This document shows positions 58,105 through 64,000 of a stretch of DNA of 64,000 bases, piece by piece. Position 1 is the stretch's first letter, and each line of letters starts with the position of its first letter. Made by a program: the position numbers and the translations under genes. The notes under the pieces are model-generated. The model had not been told where the DNA came from, ran no database searches, and was given only the letters and a program-made list of their open reading frames with translations. Source of the DNA: an uncultured Gemmatimonadaceae bacterium (GTDB taxonomy: Bacteria; Gemmatimonadota; Gemmatimonadetes; Gemmatimonadales; Gemmatimonadaceae); assembly GCA_963781585.1 (NCBI GenBank), contig CAWAGQ010000006.1, positions 438,084-502,083 on the forward strand. The letters run 5' to 3'.

Positions 58105-58213
58105 GGGAACGCTCTACGCGACATTCCGCTGCAATACGAGGAAGTTCCCGGGTGCGCAAGAGTCCTGCGTTTGCGTCCCGCCAACGGCGTCGCTGACAGC
58201 CGACAGCCGACTG

Positions 58214-60853
58214 TTAACGCACATTCCACCCCGACACCGCCAGCGTGGGCGGCGCTGCGCCTGCGTCGACGGTCCAGTACCGCGCCGAGAGCTCGCGGCT
58301 CTCGCCCGGCAGGAGCGAGATGTAGTTGTCGGTCCAGCGCACCGGGAGAATCTCCTCGCCGCCCGATCCGCCCGTGATCCGGAGCCGTACGAAGAAGGCG
58401 AGCGTCGCCCCGGTGTTGGTGATCGTGGTGTGCGCCACGGTCTCATCGCCGTCGCGCTCCACGCGCAGCGGACTGGCGGACACGGTGGCGGCCGGCAGGC
58501 GCTGCAACCCGGTCAGGTCGGCGAACGCCTTGCTGGGCGTGACGTACCACGTGGACTTGTCCCAATCCAGCGTGTCGGCGACGGTCGAGAGCCAATAGAG
58601 GTTGTCGCTCAGCAGCCGTCCGTCGGGACTCGTCAGGCGGAGATCGAGGAAGTAGGTGCGGGGCGCATCGGGGAGCGGTGGAACGACGAACAGCCGCGCC
58701 ACTTCGTCCGGAGCCAGGTCGACCGTCGTGTCGGCGGAGTACACCGGTGCGAGGTCGGTGCCGAATGCCCGGGCCGAAACGCGCCCGCGCGCCACCCGTT
58801 CCCGCGACTGGTTGATCGCCACGATCGAGCGGTCGTCATACGAGTACATCAGGTGCTGCGGCTCCAGCGCCTTCCTGGTGCCGAAGTATCCGCCGCCGGG
58901 GCGCAGGTACCAGTCGTAGAGGTGCCAGATGACCGACGGCCAGGCGTCGTTCAGCATCCACTGGATCACGCCGGTGGCCCGGTACCGGTTTCGCGCGAAG
59001 GCCTCGAACATCGCGCGCTCGCCCTCGTACGTCATCACCTGCGATTTCAGGGCGAAGTCCTCCACGCCGGTCGGCGCTCCGTATCGCGCGGCGAGCGCGT
59101 CGCTGAACGCGGTGATCCGCGTGAACTGACCGCCGCCGGCGTGCAGGCCCCACATGGAATCGACCGGCCAGAGGTGGTCCTGCGGGAACATGCGCCGCAG
59201 GGTCTCGATCGGCGGGATCGCGGGCCCCGGGCTGGTCTCGGTGTTGAATCCGAACGCGCCGCCGTGCTTGTCGTCCTGGAGCCAGTAGGCTGGCGCCACC
59301 CAGTCGTAGGGACCGGTCATCTTCACCCCGCTGGGCCCGGTGGACGCGCGCTTCCCGGTCGCCGACGACAGCACCGGATTGGGCCAGCCGACCGCGGTCA
59401 GCGTATCGACGTACATCTTCTCCACCGCCGCCGGCGGCGGGTTGTCGCTCCCGTTCAGCCACACCAGCACGCTGGCGCGCGAGCGCAACCGCAGCGCCTG
59501 ATCCCGCTCCGAGTGCGCGGCGATCAGCGTATCCTCGCGCGACCACTGGCTCCACTTCTCCCAGTGATCGCAGCAGCACCACCCGGCCATCACCAGCACA
59601 CCTAACGAATCGGCCAGATCGAAGAAGCGCTCGTCCTCGAGCTTGCCTTCCATACGTACCGTGTTCAGGTGCATGTCCAGCACGTATTGCAGCTCGCGCA
59701 GCTGACGCTCCGGTTGGGGACGCAACATCATGTCCGGTGCCCAGCCACCGCCGCGGACCGCCAGCCGCCGCCCGTTCACCCGGAACAGCCGCCCTCCGCC
59801 CGGGGCCATCTCCGAGGTGATCTGGCGAATGCCGAACCGGAGTGTCTGGTGATCGGAGACGCGGTTGTCCGCCTGGAACGTGAGGTCCAGGTCGTACAGA
59901 TCCGGCGTCCCGAGCTCGGCCGGCCACCAGAGGCGCGGGTTCCCGATCCGGAGCTGGGGAAACGTGGCCGGGGTAAGGCGCACAACACGCGTCTCGTTGG
60001 GCGCGAGCGACACGGCCTGGGCGAACGTGATCCGCTCGATGCGACCGTGCAACATGCCCTGTACCGGGCGGCCCGAGAGGTTGTGCAGTTCAGCCGACAC
60101 CGTGAGCGCGGCGTGGCGCGGCGTGCCGTTGTCCACCTGGCTTACTACCGCGGGATGGCGAATGGCCACGTCGCCGCTGCTGGTGAGGTACACCGGGCGC
60201 CAGAGCCCCATGTCCTTGTCGGGGGGAGCCGGATTCCAGTCCACCCAGGTCATGGCCAGCGAATTCGAATCCGGCGGAAACACCTCCACCGCCAGCACGT
60301 TCTGGCTGTCCGCCCGCGCGAGCTGTGAGATGTCGAACTCGTACAGCCGGAACATCCCGGCCACCGAGTCGGCGCCAGCAATCCGGCGTCCGTTGAGCCA
60401 GATGTTGGCGCGATAGTTGATGCCGTCGAAATGGAGCGCGACGTGCTGCCCCCGCATGTTCACGGGCAGCGCGAATTGCGCGCGGTACCACCACGACACG
60501 CGGAACGGGCTGTCGCCGGGCATCGGGAGGTTGGCGAAGTTCTTCCCCACGGGATAGTCGGCGCCGGGAATCGCCCGCAGGTTCGCGCCGAAGTAGGGAT
60601 CCTGGTACACTCCGTTGTCCACCAGCGCCGCGAGCACCGTCGTGGGAACGGCCGCGCGATACCAGCCTTCGGGCGCGAATGCGGCGCTCGCGATCGCCGA
60701 ACCGTCAGGCGCGCTCACGCGGGCCGACGACTGCAGGCGCCAGTCGTCGAGCACCATGCGGTCGGGCGGGAAAGGGCGCTCCACCGGCGGCCGCGTTCCA
60801 CCCAGTGCAGCCCCCATCAACGCCACGCCTGCTCCAAGTCTCGCTGTGCGCAT
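58214..60853 (-). CDS. GH2 glycoside hydrolase, exo-beta-D-glucosaminidase (CsxA-like)
   Basis: Signal peptide, VDWNP.PPD..MGLWR, NTVRMEGKLE, GWCCCDHWEKW, GSD, GVKMTGPYDWV, GFNTETSPG, QWMLN.AWPS..WHLYD. Confidence 0.88.
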   Translation of the reverse strand: MRTARLGAGVALMGAALGGTRPPVERPFPPDRMVLDDWRLQSSARVSAPDGSAIASAAFAPEGWYRAAVPTTVLAALVDNGVYQDPYFGANLRAIPGADYPVGKNFANLPMPGDSPFRVSWWYRAQFALPVNMRGQHVALHFDGINYRANIWLNGRRIAGADSVAGMFRLYEFDISQLARADSQNVLAVEVFPPDSNSLAMTWVDWNPAPPDKDMGLWRPVYLTSSGDVAIRHPAVVSQVDNGTPRHAALTVSAELHNLSGRPVQGMLHGRIERITFAQAVSLAPNETRVVRLTPATFPQLRIGNPRLWWPAELGTPDLYDLDLTFQADNRVSDHQTLRFGIRQITSEMAPGGGRLFRVNGRRLAVRGGGWAPDMMLRPQPERQLRELQYVLDMHLNTVRMEGKLEDERFFDLADSLGVLVMAGWCCCDHWEKWSQWSREDTLIAAHSERDQALRLRSRASVLVWLNGSDNPPPAAVEKMYVDTLTAVGWPNPVLSSATGKRASTGPSGVKMTGPYDWVAPAYWLQDDKHGGAFGFNTETSPGPAIPPIETLRRMFPQDHLWPVDSMWGLHAGGGQFTRITAFSDALAARYGAPTGVEDFALKSQVMTYEGERAMFEAFARNRYRATGVIQWMLNDAWPSVIWHLYDWYLRPGGGYFGTRKALEPQHLMYSYDDRSIVAINQSRERVARGRVSARAFGTDLAPVYSADTTVDLAPDEVARLFVVPPLPDAPRTYFLDLRLTSPDGRLLSDNLYWLSTVADTLDWDKSTWYVTPSKAFADLTGLQRLPAATVSASPLRVERDGDETVAHTTITNTGATLAFFVRLRITGGSGGEEILPVRWTDNYISLLPGESRELSARYWTVDAGAAPPTLAVSGWNVR

Positions 60854-60868
60854 GACCCCTGACCCCGC

Positions 60869-62242
<1,374 letters not shown>

Positions 62243-62251
62243 GGACGCGCC

Positions 62252-63916
62252 CTACGGGCTTCCCCGCGTTGCCCCCCCGGCAAAGAGCAGACGCACCGCA
62301 ATTCGCTCGCCGATACCGCGCGCGTCCGTGGTGTCGGAGTCCGTCAGGACGATGATGGTGACCCGTCGGTCGGGAAAGCGGACCAAGGCATTGCGCTTGC
62401 CATCCGCCGTTCCGTATTCCGCCAGCCGGGCCAGCCCGCGGAAGGAATCGGTGCGCCACCCCAGATCCTGGTCGGGCGACGCGACCTCGGTGGAGCTGTC
62501 TCCGGCGCGCGACGTGTCGCGCACGAAGGTCCGGGCATTCTGCAGACCTAACGACCAACGGTACAGTTCGTCGACATTGCTCTGGAACTGGCCATCGCTG
62601 TCGGTAAACGTCTTGTGCGCGCCGATCGGCGTGTAGAGGCGACGGATCACCAGCTGGCCGTACGGCGTCCCGCCCTTCCGGGTCAGCAGGGCCGCCAGCT
62701 GCGCTCCCCCGTCAGGCTGCCCGCATCCATCCGACAGGTACTGGCGCACGGTGAGCGCACCCCCGTCCACCAGCGGGTCTCCGTAGTCGAGCTTGCCGTC
62801 GTGCACGACCAGGGCCGCTGCCATCGCGTTGAACCCGCAGGACAGGCCGCCTAACGGGAAGTTGGGAACGGTGGTGGTGGGCATGTACTTCGGCTGATCG
62901 GGGATCCCGTACGACCGGTCCACCAGCACCTGGCCGTCCTGCGCCACCAGCACCGTGGCTACCGGCGCCCCGATCGGCGCGAACGCAGCAAACAGCGAAT
63001 CGATGAAGGCCGCGCGCAGCGGCGTGTCGTCGATCGCCCGGCGCGTCACGTGACGCGAGGCGAGGTCGTAGCGATCTCCGGGGTGCAGCGTCAGAAACGG
63101 CTTGCCGGAATCGGTGGGATCGTGGCCGCCGTACACGAACGCCTTGTTCCGGCCGATGATCTCCGCCGTGTCGCCCCGCACCACCCACGCGGTCCCTTCA
63201 TCCTCGGAGATCCCCAGCAGCTCGGGATGCCGTGGCATCAGCGAATCCGCCAGGTCGCGCAGCCGCTCGCGCGCCACCACGTGCTGGTCGATGCCGACCC
63301 CGCGCAGGAAGCCGAACCCGGTCTCGTAGCCGGGATAGTCGATGATGAAATTGTTGTTCGAAGGCGCCCCGCGCACCAGGAAGCTCCCCAGGATCGACGC
63401 CCCCGCCGAGCTGCCGCCCGCCACGCCGCCGCGCGCAAGCACGTTGTTGAATTCAGTCTCGGTCTTCGTGCCCGCATAGGAGTCGACCAGATGGAACTGC
63501 CGACCGCCCTCGAACCAGACGCCGCCCGCGTGCTTCAACGGCTCGACGAACTCATCGGAGTCCGCGACCTTGCGATCGATCGTGTGCAGGACGACCACAT
63601 GCCTTGCGCCGGCCGCGCGCCACGGTTGCGCGCCGCGCCAATCCGCAGGATACACGGAATCGCCGCCGGCGGTGGGCACGTCCACGATGAGCGCATCCGG
63701 CCCGCCGGCCAGTTGGATGAACTTCGCGTAGATCTCGGGCCCCAGCGATCCGCCCCCGACCACGACGACCGAGCCATTTGGCGGTCCCACCCGCGGCGTC
63801 GGCGCACGCTGCTGCGCCGGAAGTGCAAACGCGAGGAGGGCGGTGGCGACCAGAGCAGCGAAGCCCGAGGTCCTCGCCACAACAAGGGCATGGATGCAGG
63901 CGGGAGTCTTCTTCAT
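62252..63916 (-). CDS. Secreted cyanophycinase-like (S51) peptidase fused to a degenerate beta-lactamase-like domain
   Basis: VVVGGG, VPTAG, GVWFEGGRQ, GGSSAGASI, IDQHV..RER, GISEDEGTA; C-terminal VLVAQDGQVL..SYG..TT..F, SNVDELYRW. Confidence 0.82.
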   Translation of the reverse strand: MKKTPACIHALVVARTSGFAALVATALLAFALPAQQRAPTPRVGPPNGSVVVVGGGSLGPEIYAKFIQLAGGPDALIVDVPTAGGDSVYPADWRGAQPWRAAGARHVVVLHTIDRKVADSDEFVEPLKHAGGVWFEGGRQFHLVDSYAGTKTETEFNNVLARGGVAGGSSAGASILGSFLVRGAPSNNNFIIDYPGYETGFGFLRGVGIDQHVVARERLRDLADSLMPRHPELLGISEDEGTAWVVRGDTAEIIGRNKAFVYGGHDPTDSGKPFLTLHPGDRYDLASRHVTRRAIDDTPLRAAFIDSLFAAFAPIGAPVATVLVAQDGQVLVDRSYGIPDQPKYMPTTTVPNFPLGGLSCGFNAMAAALVVHDGKLDYGDPLVDGGALTVRQYLSDGCGQPDGGAQLAALLTRKGGTPYGQLVIRRLYTPIGAHKTFTDSDGQFQSNVDELYRWSLGLQNARTFVRDTSRAGDSSTEVASPDQDLGWRTDSFRGLARLAEYGTADGKRNALVRFPDRRVTIIVLTDSDTTDARGIGERIAVRLLFAGGATRGSP

Positions 63917-64000
63917 CGGAAGCACGGCGATCGGAGGTGAGAGAACGACTCGGACGTGAGGGACCGGACGGTGGATACGCGGTCGCGCTGCCGGTACCAC

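Noticed and set aside
54150..58215. Short heptamer-like repeats (gctgacag/tcagc at 54150-54330 and 58190-58215; ctgtgga at ~55065-55090)
   Set aside because: Short and degenerate; probably generic intergenic or terminator-associated repeats, with no defined unit.

Overview
High-GC bacterial DNA. The gene content (Oar-like TonB-dependent receptor, duplicated-domain orphan ABC permeases, Ku/LigD) suggests Gemmatimonadota or a similar soil lineage; this is an inference. There are four blocks. (1) 1.4-9.6 kb: an operon of a TonB-dependent receptor and two lipoproteins built from tandem OB-fold modules, divergent from a ComEC-type metallo-beta-lactamase lipoprotein. It is a candidate extracellular nucleic-acid capture and utilisation locus. 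(2) 9.6-22.2 kb: short accessory genes (VOC, RibD-C/DHFR-like, DUF3224-like, ankyrin, DoxX-like) separated by degenerate attC-like sites, with no integrase in the window. A ~150-bp element here has a second copy near the left edge. (3) 22.3-44.1 kb: a tightly coupled 10-gene minus-strand operon of unknown function, the best candidate for an undescribed system. It encodes a GT9-like glycosyltransferase, a GT71-like/methyltransferase fusion, two prodomain-bearing trypsin-like proteases with poly-Cys motifs (one apparently split by a Ser-linker cargo module), a DUF6603-like protein and three large hypothetical proteins (1038, 1859 and 588 aa). (4) 44.5-64 kb: two divergent ABC permeases, NHEJ genes (ligD, ku), DUF72, an alpha/beta hydrolase, a UvrD-DEDDh exonuclease fusion, a GH2 exo-beta-glucosaminidase, an APC permease and a cyanophycinase-like fusion. 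No rRNA, tRNA or CRISPR array was seen. All family calls come from motif recognition by eye, not from database searches.
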